DNA of 64,000 bases, from the NCBI GenBank assembly GCA_038496445.1, contig JALMLS010000100.1, positions 186,001 through 250,000 on the forward strand, given 5' to 3'. This DNA is from Trichosphaerium sp. ATCC 40318. Taxonomy: Eukaryota; Protista; Tubulinea. Under the pieces are notes generated by a model. The model was given only the letters and a program-made list of their open reading frames with translations, had not been told where the DNA came from and did not search any database. The translations under genes were made by a program, and so were the position numbers. Of this stretch, positions 12,138 to 24,600 are shown in pieces; positions within the stretch are counted from its first letter, which is position 1; each line of letters opens with the position of its first letter.

Positions 12138-13805
12138 TTATCGAGAACGTTCTCTCTCTCGTCTACGCCGTCTATCACCTGACCTACTTCGGCTACGTCT
12201 TCTCTTATGATGATCTCTACTTCTACTCCTGCTTCGACTTCTTCTGCGTTTATAACTTCTTCTTCTATCATCTCTTCTTCTGTCGTCGTCTCTGTATCTC
12301 CTAGACCCTCTACGATCACCTCTATCTCTTCTATCATCTCTACGATCTACTCTATCACTTCTACCGTTACGATCATTACTACTTCCGCCACCATTTTTCT
12401 TATTTTCTTCCTCTTCTTCTTGAAGATACAACTCGAGTTCTTTACACTTATCACGTACAAGAACAAAGCCTGTATACATCTTACCAAGCTTGTGATCCCG
12501 AATTCTAGCATCAGAATCCTTACGAGATAGGTACGAGCCACAAATATCAGAAACACTAAAAAAAGAGGAAAAAAATGAGATTACGAAGAAGTGCATGAAC
12601 AGCAACAAATAAAAAAATCAGAAAGTCCAAAAGCGCTTTCTTAGTATGCAAAAATATTCGAATATACACAACATAGGTACTAAAGCTGTGTGGACAAAAA
12701 ACAAATCGAATAAGACAACGTCAGTTTGTTCAAAAAAAAATTGTTAAAATGTGGTCGTACATTAGGTTCATTTGCTGTTCATCGCTTTGGTATGTAGGTT
12801 CTTTAAGTAGCTCAGTACGTAAAGTATTTAACTGTTGCTCTAGCTCTCCATAAAGAGTCAAATCTCCGCTCTCTCCTGCTTCATTCATTTTCTCTTCTAA
12901 CTCATTTTGTTCGCGTCTTAGTGCATTTGTTTCAAGCTACAAACAAAATGTGAGTGAAAACAGAAAACAACAACAAAAAATGAAACAGAAGACACTCAAT
13001 CACGCAGAATTAGTAACCTCTCACATATTCAAAGTCAAATAAAAATACTAGAGAGTATTTTAAAAGAGTTAAATTGAATTAAAGAGAAAACAAGCCGTTT
13101 TCGTTTTTTTTGTCTCTTTTTTGTGCTTTTGAGTCTCACTTTTTTCACTAATAATAACGTACAATTTGACGTTGACGTTCTAGTAGTTCACCTTTACGTT
13201 TTTCTATCTTTCTATCGCACTTGTCAACCAGATCTTTCAAAAAAAGATATAACTCACGTTCGTAGCCATAGCTTTTTGCCTTACGTGCTTGAAGATATCT
13301 AAATATATATAAGATAAACACATCTATACTATAAAATAGAAGAAAGAGTGTAATGTGATTGTGAAATTTGAAAAAAAAAAAAAGTGAAAAAAATGGAAAA
13401 TGGAATGAAAATGTTATTAAATCGTTAGAAACGTACTCTTCTCGAAGCACGTCTGAACAAACACGCGGATTAGGACCTAATTTTTCTTTCTGTGCAAAAA
13501 GAGTGTTTTAGAAGATTTGTTTATTTTAAATGTCTCCTTTCGTTCTAATAACGCTAACGTACTGTGTTTACAAAGAGATCGTATACATCCAACCCTTTTT
13601 AAAAGCCTTTAGTGCTTAAATGAAAAGATAACGCATGGGAACGTACCCCAAACTAGATAAAACTTGCATACATCGCGGTCTGTAAATTTCTTTTTCTTTC
13701 CACCGCCTACTTCATCCCTACGCCCTTATTAGCTATGGCAAAGGTGTAAAAGTACCTATCAGCGCCCATAAGGGCATCCAACTGCTTCCTGAAGTCGTCT
13801 GTCAT
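12138..13805 (-). CDS. LUC7: LUC7-like U1 snRNP splicing factor with RS/RD tail
   Basis: MTDDFRKQLDALMGADR, FTDRDVCKFYL, YGYERELY..L..LVDKCDRKI, DARIRDHKLGK, C-terminal RS/RD repeats. Confidence 0.9.
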
Positions 13806-13995
13806 CCGCAGAGGCCGCGCAACCAAGAAAGACTTGCTGTTGACTATTTTTTTTTTCTATGTGTTAATTTGGTTATTACGCCGCGTGATTGTAACGTCCT
13901 TGCTAGCTAGACTGTACAGGTTTAATTATACCTATTGTAATATTGCTGTATAGCGGTTAGAGAATAGCAATCACAATAACCACTGTATAACATAA

Positions 13996-16900
13996 ATGAG
14001 CGAACAAAAGACCAGAAAGCGAAGGCGGAGTGTAAGTTTTTGAATTTCAAACAATAACACATTGTGACGCTTGACAGGGCGTTAGTACGAACGGTAAAGA
14101 GCCAAAGAAAAGGCGCACAACAATACCTGACGATTCTTCAAGCGATGAACTCTCTGACTCCAACGACGGCGAGTATTCAGCTAGGGTACGCATTTAAACG
14201 CCTCAAACGCATTGTAAATTACATTATCATCATTTTTAGACTTCCAAATTAAAAGACACTCATAAGACCCAACGGAGTGTCTTCCTCGCGTAATACATTA
14301 ATAGTGCATCGATTTGATTGTTATTTAGCGCGCACAGTGGGCCAGCAAGCATACTTCGTCTAATGTTTATGATGCTGTAGCTGTAGACAAGATTATATAC
14401 AAGAGAGGTGACTTTATATCAGTTGCAGGTGACTCTGGTAAATGGTATGGAAGGATTGATAAACTCTTTCAGAGAGGGTTAAATAAAATGATGACAATAA
14501 GATGGTTGTATCCTGAAAGTAGTATTCAACAAGTACTTAAAGTAAGATATTCACTTGCAATACTCGACATACAAGAGATAGTGCTCTTTTTTCTTGTAAG
14601 TAATGCCTTTTTTAGACTAAAGTCAAGTTCCGAGAGAGGGAGTTTGCGATCTCACAGCACCTTGATGATAATCCTGGCACGTGTTATTTTTTTCTTTTTA
14701 GCTTCAAATTCTTTGTCCCTTTTGGTTGTTTTGCATCTACTTACTTGGCTTTAGTTGCCACTATTCTTGAAAAGGTTACGGTGAAAGAATTAAAAGATAT
14801 GAAACAAGGAGACAAAGAAAATGTACTGAAGACATCCTCACGTAACTTCCAACTTGTTGTTTTGTTGATGTTTTTTCAAGGAGAATATCTTTTGGTACAA
14901 AAGGATGCTCACCAAGGATCTCAAATTATTCGCAATGAATAATAAGGTACCTCAATTTGAAGATACAGTTATGTTTAACACTAGAACCTGACCCTCTTCA
15001 AGCTTCGACAAGATTTGATTTTAAAAAAGCCCAAACCAATAGAAATCTCTTTACTGTCGGATTCAGATAGCTTAGATTCCGATATCCAAATGGATACACC
15101 AATCAATGAGTTAGATTCTTTGGTAATCAACTATAAATCGTTTCAAACGCAACTTTCCTTTCGCTGAATTTTGTTTCAAGGACGAAGACTCAGATGAAGA
15201 ATCTGATGAATCAAGTGTCAGTGAACCTAGGCGCCGACAACCGAAAATTAAAAAAAAAACATTAGCTGAGGAGTTCTTAGTAACACCAAAGTCACTATTT
15301 GATACATTGAAGAACCCTTGGCTATCTCGGAAAAAATTTTGGAGACAAAAGTTCGGCTTGCAGGTAACATCTTCAAAGAGTAACACTTTTCTTACTTTTT
15401 TATTCACTGTTTGTGTTTAGGATGCCGGAGGTCGTTATGCTGATATGAAGACTCCGAACGTATTCATAGATTTAGATCCGCGGTTTTATAACAAAAAGAA
15501 CGCAGCAGAAAAGAAGCTTGGTCACAAGATGACGAATAAAGAGTTTAAAAAGAAATACGAGAAAAAACTAAGAAATGTCTTTAGTAACATATCTTTATTT
15601 GATCCTGTACTTGCAGAAGTAATGTACAGATGGTTTGCCCCTGCAAATGGATACATATTAGGTACAATATTTCACATATTAAGTGAGAAAAAAAGCCCTT
15701 AACTTAGCTTCTCCTAATTCCAAGAAGATTTCGAGAATTTTACACTTTTCTGAGTGTTGTGGTAATCCATGCTGACTTTTTTATTAAGATCCGTTCGGAG
15801 GTGGTGTAACTCGTGGATGTGTAGCAGCTGCAATGAATCTACATGTTCGTATCTTTGTTTTCTCGTTTTCTCTTTCAACAAAGCATTAATTTCTCTTTGC
15901 TTTTGTTTCACTGACTCTGTTTTTGTAGTATGTTGGTGTTGATTTGGCACCATTTCAAGTAGCTACTAATAAAGATTATGCAAAATCAATACCTTTCAAT
16001 GTACAACCAACGTGGATACAAGGAAACTCGGAAGATATTAAAAAACTTGTTGCAAAAGAAAATAATCCCGCTGCTCCTCCAGGTAAAACATTTTTCAATA
16101 TTTGCGCATTCTTGTATCCTACTGACCAACTATAGACGGGCAATACGATATGCTTTTGACATGTCCACCATACTGGGGTACGAAAATACATCAAGAGTTG
16201 AACCAATATTGACTTACTTTTTGGTTAAGATCTTGAACGCTATTCTGACGACCCTGATGATTTAAGTAATGCCAAAGATTACTCACGGTTTTTAAAAACA
16301 TATACTTCAATATTAAAACGCTCATGTAAACTTGTAAAGTACGTTGTTGACTCGTTCTGAGGTCAAAATCATTTCTTCTTTTTTTCTTCTTTTTCTTACA
16401 GTTTTTTTGCAGGAAGAACAGGTTTATCATCATTGTTGTATCTAATTTTAGACGCTCTATAAAACGACAAGGTGTCTTAGGAGCATATTATCCTTTTGAG
16501 GCTGATACAGTTAAGGTACATACCCTTCAAAAAAGAGGTTTTCAAAAAAACTTGCTTATTTTTATTTACAGATTATGGAATCTCTGGATATCTTGCTTTA
16601 TAATCAATTCACTTTATCTCAAGTACAACGCTCTACCGAAATATCATTGATTTACGGACTCATAAATTCATAGACATTTGGTAATAAACGGCTTGGTTGT
16701 AGACGTACATATGTCGCTTCTAAAAAGATATACAGTACAACACAATCAGTGCTTGTATTCCTTAAGGGAGGTGAAACTTATCTTCCAGAAACAATACAAC
16801 AAACAAGTGTAAAAGAATACGAAGGTACAAAAGAAACAACTGATACAGTTCTTTCAAAAATGTTTTTTTTTTTTTGGTTCCCAGGCTGAGTTTTTTATTA

Positions 16901-17713
16901 ATTTTATTTGGTAACACGTGTTGGATTTCATGTAGTACTGTGGCTTTTTGGCTAACACATATCATAGCTAATATTAAACGGATAATAAAAGAAATGAGAG
17001 AAGCTAAAAGAAAGGCAAAAGCCTCAGGTTCTAAAGAGATTAAATCCAGACCTAAAAGTCGCTTTACTACATTCAATGGCTATGAGAATGACGATGACGA
17101 TGACGATAGTGAAGAGGATGATGATGATGCTGGAGTTGCACAGAATATATCTTCTGAAGTAGTAAGCTCTTTTACCGATATATCTAGTAAGGATTACATT
17201 GACAACATTCAGAGCAACGAACCAAAAAATTCACATAGTCCAAGCATGCCTGAATTACTAAAATTGCTTAAAACACCTAAAAATAAGATAACAAAGACTA
17301 AAAAGAAAGCTCCAATATCAACACCATCACAGACAGGATTTCGCAGGCATAAAGAAAAATCAAAGTCTACAGGAGACCAACAACCATCTTCTTCAAGTTC
17401 GTCATCTTCTGAAAAAGTTATATCCCTTGATAGCACAGAAAAAGGAAGTATGCTTGAAGGCATGGATGAACCAGCTTTAAAAGGTACTGTAATGATAGCA
17501 AAGGCTGCAAAAAGTGTTGTAAAAGTAAGAGTTGATACAAAACAATCGCAAAAAGATGACGATGACTCAGATCTTGAAATGAAAGTAACAAATGATGACT
17601 ATGAAATAGACATTCCATCATCCAGTGATGATGAAATAGACATCCCATCATCATCCAGTGATGATGAAATAGACATCCCATCATCCAGTGATGAAGATGA
17701 AGATTCAAACTAG
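13996..17713 (+). CDS. BAH domain + phage/bacterial-type DNA amino-methyltransferase (m4C/m6A class), acidic C-terminal tail
   Basis: BAH: IYKRGDFISV...WYGRIDKLF...MTIRWLY...REFAISQHLDDNPVATILEKV. MTase: SLFDPVLAEVMYRWF...ILDPFGGGVTRG, YVGVDL, LLTCPPYWDLERYSDDPDDLS, QSVLVFLKG. More than 15 introns, all spliceable in frame. Confidence 0.88.
17595..17700 (+). repeat. Three tandem 30-33 bp coding repeats (EIDIPSSS(S)DD)
   Basis: gaaatagacat(t/c)ccatca(tca)tccagtgatga repeated three times. Confidence 0.9.
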
Positions 17714-18196
17714 CAAACACAACTAGCTCTGAATTTTTTTAGTATAATACAATCACGTACAGAAACAAACACGTGCTCTCAACAAAGTGAGAAATAAAAT
17801 TATTTTGAGCATCACCTTATCTGTTTTATTGCAATAGACATTGTCTGTCCCATACTACCACGGCAGCAAAACGTTGAAGTGGCAGTACTGACATGGCGTT
17901 TCACACTGTATTGGATAGTTCAACTTTGTACTTTTAATGAGGATTAACTTCCATAGTCAATTCATAGTACGATACATCCCTTAAAAAAGAACAGTACCTA
18001 ATATAAGTGGAAGGTTGCAAAACATGCTAAAAATGGCTTACGCACTGTTTCTGATGTGCACGTGTTTGCGAAGCGATAGTGTACAACAACTTGCCCGAGA
18101 CCCAACCACTTTAAGGTTACTGGTAACAACACTAATTTTACTATGTACATACAACTTTATTGTAACGGTGTTATTTTCTTTTTCTTTCTATGACAT

Positions 18197-19623
18197 TTAT
18201 GTTGCAGGTTTTGCAGCAGCTTTAGCTTTTTTCTTATCATTTGTTTCTTTTTGGATTTGCTTAAGACGACGTAGTATCCTTATAGTATCTTGATCATAAG
18301 ATTCCTTCTTTGCTCTAAATTCTTCTTGCTCAGTTTTTCTTACTTTAACAAGTGATACAAGCTTGCTTCTTAAGTCATTATTTTGTTCTATCTGAGCCTT
18401 CAAACGAGTTTGTAGTTGTCTTAGTTCACGACATATCTCATCATCCTCTTTAACCATCTCAGTGCTCTAAAAGCAAAGACAAGTAAACAAATTGCTAAAG
18501 TTTCACTTTCTCATAAAAAAAAAAAATTGTGTTAATAGCCCCACTTCAAAGCGCAAAGCCAAGGGGAAAGGAAAACAAGGGTTTTTGTTTTTTCTCATGT
18601 CAGCATGGGACAATTTATGAAAAAAACGTTGAAATTTCAAACAGGAATTAGTAGTGCACGTGACCAGCAAAAATTGTGAGTGTTGAATGTTATAAAATAA
18701 TACAACTGGAAATATATCGAAATTGCCTCTTACGCAAAATCAAAGCGAGCATACATCACGACGCGTAATTTTTCATAAAAAAGCAAAGGAAAAAATGGTA
18801 ACAAAAGGTGTCTACTCACCTGAACGTCTTCAAGTAGACCAAGTGTACGTAGTTCGAACTTCATCCTCTCTTCTATATCTAGTATTATAGAGTGTGAATA
18901 TGAAGCCACAGGCGGTTTATCAAGAGGTAGAGCCAATAGAGTTGAAGGATCATGTTTTACTGTTACTGATTGCTTATCATTCTTTGCTGCTGCGCTTGGG
19001 TCTTGTAGGAGACAAGCCAATACACGCTCTGTAAAAACCTCAACTTTAACTGGTCCATGAGAAGGAGCGTCGTTCATAATATCGTCGCTTCCCCATGCAT
19101 GCTCAAAGCCAGATGCTCCAAGCGGTGGAATTCTCCATTCTTCGTCTGTGTCATCGATTGGCTTTATTCTTGTGTAAGTACTACACTATGCTACTATCCT
19201 AGGTACCTTTGGCGCACAGAAGGTAATATCGTCTTCTGTGTAGTCTGAAAAATACGGTTGTATTTGCTTCCAGAAACCCTGTTGAAATCCGTCTGTTGGC
19301 GTGTACAAGTTGTCATCACTCCTAATTTCACATTAAACTAATGTTCGCAATGCGTGTAGAGCTTACTTTTTAGTTCGTTTGTTACGTTTTGGTTTTGCTT
19401 GTTTTTGTTCCCTTTTACACCATTAATTACAAGACATTCGCCGAGGAGTAGCGTACTTTTTAATAACGGTTGGTTCTACTTGCATTGGGTCTTTTTTGAT
19501 TGGTGGCGTAGTATCAGCCTTTTTTTTATCTACATCCATTGGATCTGATGTCTGAGCATCCTCTTGTTTATTTTGGCTTCCATTCAGCTTAATTGTTATT
19601 TTCAAATTTCCTGCTTCGCTCAT
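18197..19623 (-). CDS. ADA3: SAGA HAT-module subunit ADA3/NGG1
   Basis: FWKQIQPYF, IPPLG, FTERVLACLL, IEERMKFELRTLGLL, EDDEICRELRQLQTRL. Confidence 0.88.
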
Positions 19624-19795
19624 TGTGTTTGTTTCTTACTGGTTCAATTGTTTCTTAAATATTTTGTACCACTAGACGCATTAAACAGAGGAAGAAAACG
19701 TTTTTGTTTGAAGAAAAGGAACGACTTTTTCTACTGGCGCTTGATGCATTTTTTATTATTTAAAAGAGCCAACAATGCGCTTGACTCTCTTATTG

Positions 19796-20107
19796 ATGGG
19801 TGGTAGACGTATTCCAGGCAGGAAAATGAAGTATGTTTGTTACTTGTGGATTCACCCTTTTACTAACACAAATACGCAGCCCTAACCGCCTACGAAATGA
19901 TAAAACACAAGCAAAACGAGTCAAGCGTGTAGAAGGATTTTTGCGAAATTATGAGATGAAGGCGTGGCGTTCTAAGGCGTACGTGCTCGCTCATTAGCTA
20001 CTTAGTAATATTTATATAGGGTACAACTTGAAAGGCACGAGTTTTACGTTGCCGAGCGTGCAAGGCAAGAAAAGGTTATTGAACAAGCGAAACTAGACAA
20101 ATCTTAA
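19796..20107 (+). CDS. Small basic hypothetical protein (~75 aa, 3 exons)
   Basis: MGGRRIPGRKMNPNRLRNDKTQAKRVKRVEGFLRNYEMKAWRSKAVQLERHEFYVAERARQEKVIEQAKLDKS*; both introns keep the frame open. Confidence 0.55.
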
Positions 20108-20524
20108 GCTCCAGAATCGGTTGGCGCTTTATTGACGTGCAAAGGCGCACAAACGTCACTATGTCACTCTTGTATAGTCATTTTCTAAAACACTGGCGTA
20201 ATAAACCAGATTTGTATTGTATACAACCGTGTTTTGAACATGTCAAATTTTATACTCACTTGACCTCGTTACAAGTAGTAGACCGTTTATTCTCGCTTTT
20301 ACACTTTATGGCCACATATGACGTAACCACAATAACTTGCACAACCCTATGATCTTTTTTGAAGTTGTATTTGCTCTATTTCGGGTAATTCGTTTTGAAC
20401 ACCAATTATGAAGGTTGGTAGCATGTAAACTCGAAATCTTGCGGGCCTGGTGGTTAAAAGAAATAAAAATGGGTAATTATTCTCGTGAATTACATAATTG
20501 CAACATCAAAACAAGCATTAAATC

Positions 20525-21328
20525 ATGCAGTGCAAAGTATTCGATTCGCTGGACGTAAGAACGATAACAGACGTTCAGTTATTAGAAATAAGGAAAGCAG
20601 TCCCAACATTCGGCCTTGTGTGCATTCGTGGTCAGAATTTGACGCCAACGGAGCTCATTTCTTTCACTGCAAAGTTTGGCGAAGTGATTACTCTCCCTAC
20701 TAGCTTCAAGCTTAAGAATGAATGGCCAGACTACCCAACTATCACTAGAGTATCCAATATACGTCCTAACGGCGATATAATTAGAAAACATCGAGGAGCG
20801 GAGTACTGGCACAACGACGGAGACTTCTGGCAACCTGATAAGAAGTACGTCTTTAGCTTCTTGAATTCAAAGGTGGTACCAAAGGAAGGAGGTAAAACAG
20901 CATGGGCTGACGTAAGAACTGCATACGAGCGACTTGACGCTAAGACAAAGCATGAAATTGACAAGCTGCGCATTTGGGTGTCATGCAAAAAAATTCCAGA
21001 TTTCAAGGGTGCCAAGGAAGAAGACTTGCTCCCTGATGCGTACCACAATATTAAACATGTACACCCTGATACAAAGCGTACGAGTTTGTACCTTGGATGC
21101 GCAACATCGTCTATTGAAGGCATGGATGACGAAAAAGCCAAAATCCTGATTGGCAAGCTCTTGGATGTTGTGAAGCGCGAGGATAATGTATACATTCATC
21201 AATACAAGGAAGGAGACTTGATGATATGGGATAACACATCAGTAATGCATAGAGGACAAGGCGGTTATGGAGATAACCCAAGATTGTTGTTTCGCTCCCA
21301 AGCTTTCATTAAACCACTCCACGAATAG
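20525..21328 (+). CDS. TauD/TfdA-family Fe(II)/2-oxoglutarate dioxygenase, intronless
   Basis: WHNDG (HxD), GGKTAWAD, HVHPDTKRTSLYL, GDLMIWDNTSVMHRG, PRLLFR. Confidence 0.92.
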   Translation: MQCKVFDSLDVRTITDVQLLEIRKAVPTFGLVCIRGQNLTPTELISFTAKFGEVITLPTSFKLKNEWPDYPTITRVSNIRPNGDIIRKHRGAEYWHNDGDFWQPDKKYVFSFLNSKVVPKEGGKTAWADVRTAYERLDAKTKHEIDKLRIWVSCKKIPDFKGAKEEDLLPDAYHNIKHVHPDTKRTSLYLGCATSSIEGMDDEKAKILIGKLLDVVKREDNVYIHQYKEGDLMIWDNTSVMHRGQGGYGDNPRLLFRSQAFIKPLHE

Positions 21329-21675
21329 TGTGTCACATTGTAATAAACTTGCTTCATACAAGTATTGCGTTCTCGTAGAGCTATGTGTTGATGCCTAGTA
21401 GCTTGTATAGCGTTTAGTACATGTGCTTGCCAAGTAATGGTAATTTTTGTCATAGTCAGACTCACAGAACGACTGTACCTTCCGGTGATGGAATTTACCT
21501 GAAGACTTTGTTTGGCGGCGTTTTCGACTAGGCGTCACCCAAGATTATCGTGTAGAAAAGGCGATAAAACATATTTCGGTAGGTCAGCATACACCAGCAC
21601 TTTTGATACAAATAAACCAAAACTGGCCTAGTCACGGAATTTCTCGCTCAATTTGTATTAAAACAGCTCAAAGCA

Positions 21676-24600
21676 ATGTCACAGGAAGTATGGGTGCGCA
21701 TGGTGGAAGGGAAGGTACGAAATACCGTTATAGAAAAATCATGTACTGAACTATTAGGATTTGATCAGTATGGACAAAAACGGATACTCTGACCCGTTTG
21801 TGGTGATAACAATTGGAAAAGACAAAAAGAAAACAAAAGTGAAAAAAAAGGTTAGTTAACTGCATATTTCCGATACTCATACCACAAAGACGCTCAACCC
21901 AGTATGGAACGATGAATTTATTTTCAAAGTTAAAAAGCTTTACATTGGTACGCTCTAACTACTGTTTCAAAACTCTAACGCACTTTTAGTACATTTTAAA
22001 TGCATCGTACGTCTTTTTGGGCCACTTTTTTTTTTGAAGTATTTAGTTTTGGTTTACCCGCTTTAGGACAAAGACACTTTTTCTAAAAATGATCCTCTTG
22101 GTGAGTGTGAAATTCCACTTGCAAAAGTTCAACGTGGTTCTGTACTAGATTGTTGGATGAGTCTCAAAGTGCGTCATAGAATAAAAATTTGGAATAAAAA
22201 CCTGTCATCATCTCATTTGTCTCTTACTAACGAGTATAAAAAATAGGGTGTGCGATCTGGTCAACTCCATTTTCAGATTGCATTTGGTGGTCGTCCTAAT
22301 GTACTACAACGGAAAACAATCTTTAACAATTAATCATAAATATTAGCTGCCTCCCAGTCGACAATTATCAACACCTCAGCGTCGAGCACCTGCTCCTCCA
22401 AGACCAACTAGTAAACCGTCCCCAAGAGCACCTCCTAGAGCATCTCCTAGATCACAACCAGCTCCTAAAATTAAAGCGACTTCTCCTAGAGCACAAGCTT
22501 CAAAGTTCCTTGCTAAAACTCAATCGTTGATGTTCAAGGATAATAAAAAACAAAAAAAAATACAAAATCAAGAAAACAATGAAAGACTGGTCAAGATATT
22601 CTGTTCTCCAGAGCGTAAGTGAAAGGTTTTGTTTTCTTTTCTTGTGGACACTAATCTAACTCCTTTCTTCTAGTGGCGCAAAAAGCAAGTGCACAAATAT
22701 TCACAAAGCTTGACAAGGTAGGTTACCTTCTCTTGTAAAATCTTCTTACTTCCTTCTTCTAGGATAGGTCAGGAACCTTGACAGTATCAGAAATATTTGC
22801 TGGCGCTAGAAGCTTAGGTGTAGAAGTAGAACGTGGTACATTGGGTGAACTGGTATGGTTATTCTTTCAATAAGAATTAAAGGCTGGTTTTCAAGTATTT
22901 ACACTTGTTAGGTTGAGGTGTTTAGTAGAGGAGGAACGACTGTGAATAGAGCTCAATTCATGCAATTGCTCAAGTATTTAGTAAACTTGAGAAGTACATA
23001 TTTGACGTATGATAAGGATGGATCTAACTCTATTGATAAACGTGAACTTGATAAATGCTTAAAAGATCTTGAATACAAGTTTTCTGCAAGCACTCAAAAG
23101 AAGTTTATGAGTTTTTTCGATAAAGGTACTTGCTACTTTCTTTGTGGCTCAAGTCAAATCGTAAGTAGTTAAAAATAATGTCCTGTTATCTAGATTCTAG
23201 CGGTCAGTTTGAGTTTATAGAGTTCGTCAATATCATGTGGCATCTAAAGAAATTAAGTCACCATTTCCAAAAACAAGATAAAGATGACAACAAATTACTT
23301 GGTAACAAACGACTCGAAATTTCTCCTCGTTTAACTTTCTCTTGTAGATCCTCCAGAGTTTCAAGCTTTACTTCGTGGTCTCGGATTTAGTGTTACTGTA
23401 GCGGAAGCCAAAGTCTTTATGAGACGTCACGCAAAGAAAGGATTATCACTTGAAAACTTTATTGATCTCATGTTTGATTTTAAAAATCACTATGAATCTA
23501 TTAAAAAGGGTACTCATCACTGCTTTTATAAAACGCCTGTGTTATATAACTAACCGAGATTAGAGGCTGGAAAACAACGTATGCAAAGTCGTGTTAAGAG
23601 ATTCGCAAGGAACCCAAGTCAGCAAGCACCGCTTCGTGTTGATTCAAGTGCAAAGACGGCTTCCAATGAAGGTAAAGCTGAAGCAAACAAGATCATGGCT
23701 TGGTGTAAGAAAAATTCGAGAAAATGGGAGGATTCAAGCTTTCCTCCAAATAGAAAGAGTCTTGGATGTACGTGTCACAAATATTTTTCTTTTTTATTCT
23801 TTCGTTTTGTTTGGTGCTTACAACTGTTCTTCAGCTGTTTCTGTTTCAATTTCTGAATGGAAGAGGCCTTGTGAGATTGTTCAAAACCCAGATTTATTCG
23901 TTGATGGTGTAGATGAAGGTGATGTTGTGCAAGGAGCACTTGGAAATTGCTGGTTTTTATCAGCCTTATCTGGTTAGTAACTTAGTGGTTTTTGTTTGTA
24001 ATTAGCTAATTTTGTGGTTTTTTAGTATTAGCGCAAGAAGGTATTAAAAAGATTGAGTCACTATTCGTTTGTGCACAACCCAAGTTGGGATTTTATGGGC
24101 TTCGGTTTTTTAAAGATAACGAATGGAGGGTTGTATTTGTTGATGACAGATTACCTGTCAAAGGTAATAACAAAAGTAACGGTGAGCTTCCGCTAAACTT
24201 TTTAAAAATAGGTGGCAAACCAGCTTTTGGTGGTGGCCAAGATCCACGGGAGTTTTGGTATGTTAAATCGTGTAATTAGCTACTTGATCATACTAACATT
24301 AATCTTAGGGTTGCTTTACTAGAGAAAGCGTACGTATGGAAGTGATTGAACCTAGTATTTAATTTCTTAGATATGCCAAACTACATGGAAGTTACGGAGC
24401 CATAGAAAGGTAATAGCATTAAGTCAGTAATATAAACGCTAAAATTATCACTAGTGGAAGTATTGTTGATGGATTAGTCGATCTTACAGGCGAGGCAGGA
24501 CACACAGTGTGCGCCCTCTAAATAAACTGTTAACTTTTGTTTGACGTAAATTTCAGGAAGCAACTGGAACCTACAAAACAATTTTGGAATCGTCTATTAC

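Noticed and set aside
13996-17713. Interpretation as DNMT1/CMT/Dim-2 (BAH + C5 methyltransferase)
   Set aside because: No PC, ENV or QxRxR motifs; the catalytic motif is TCPPY (amino-MTase).
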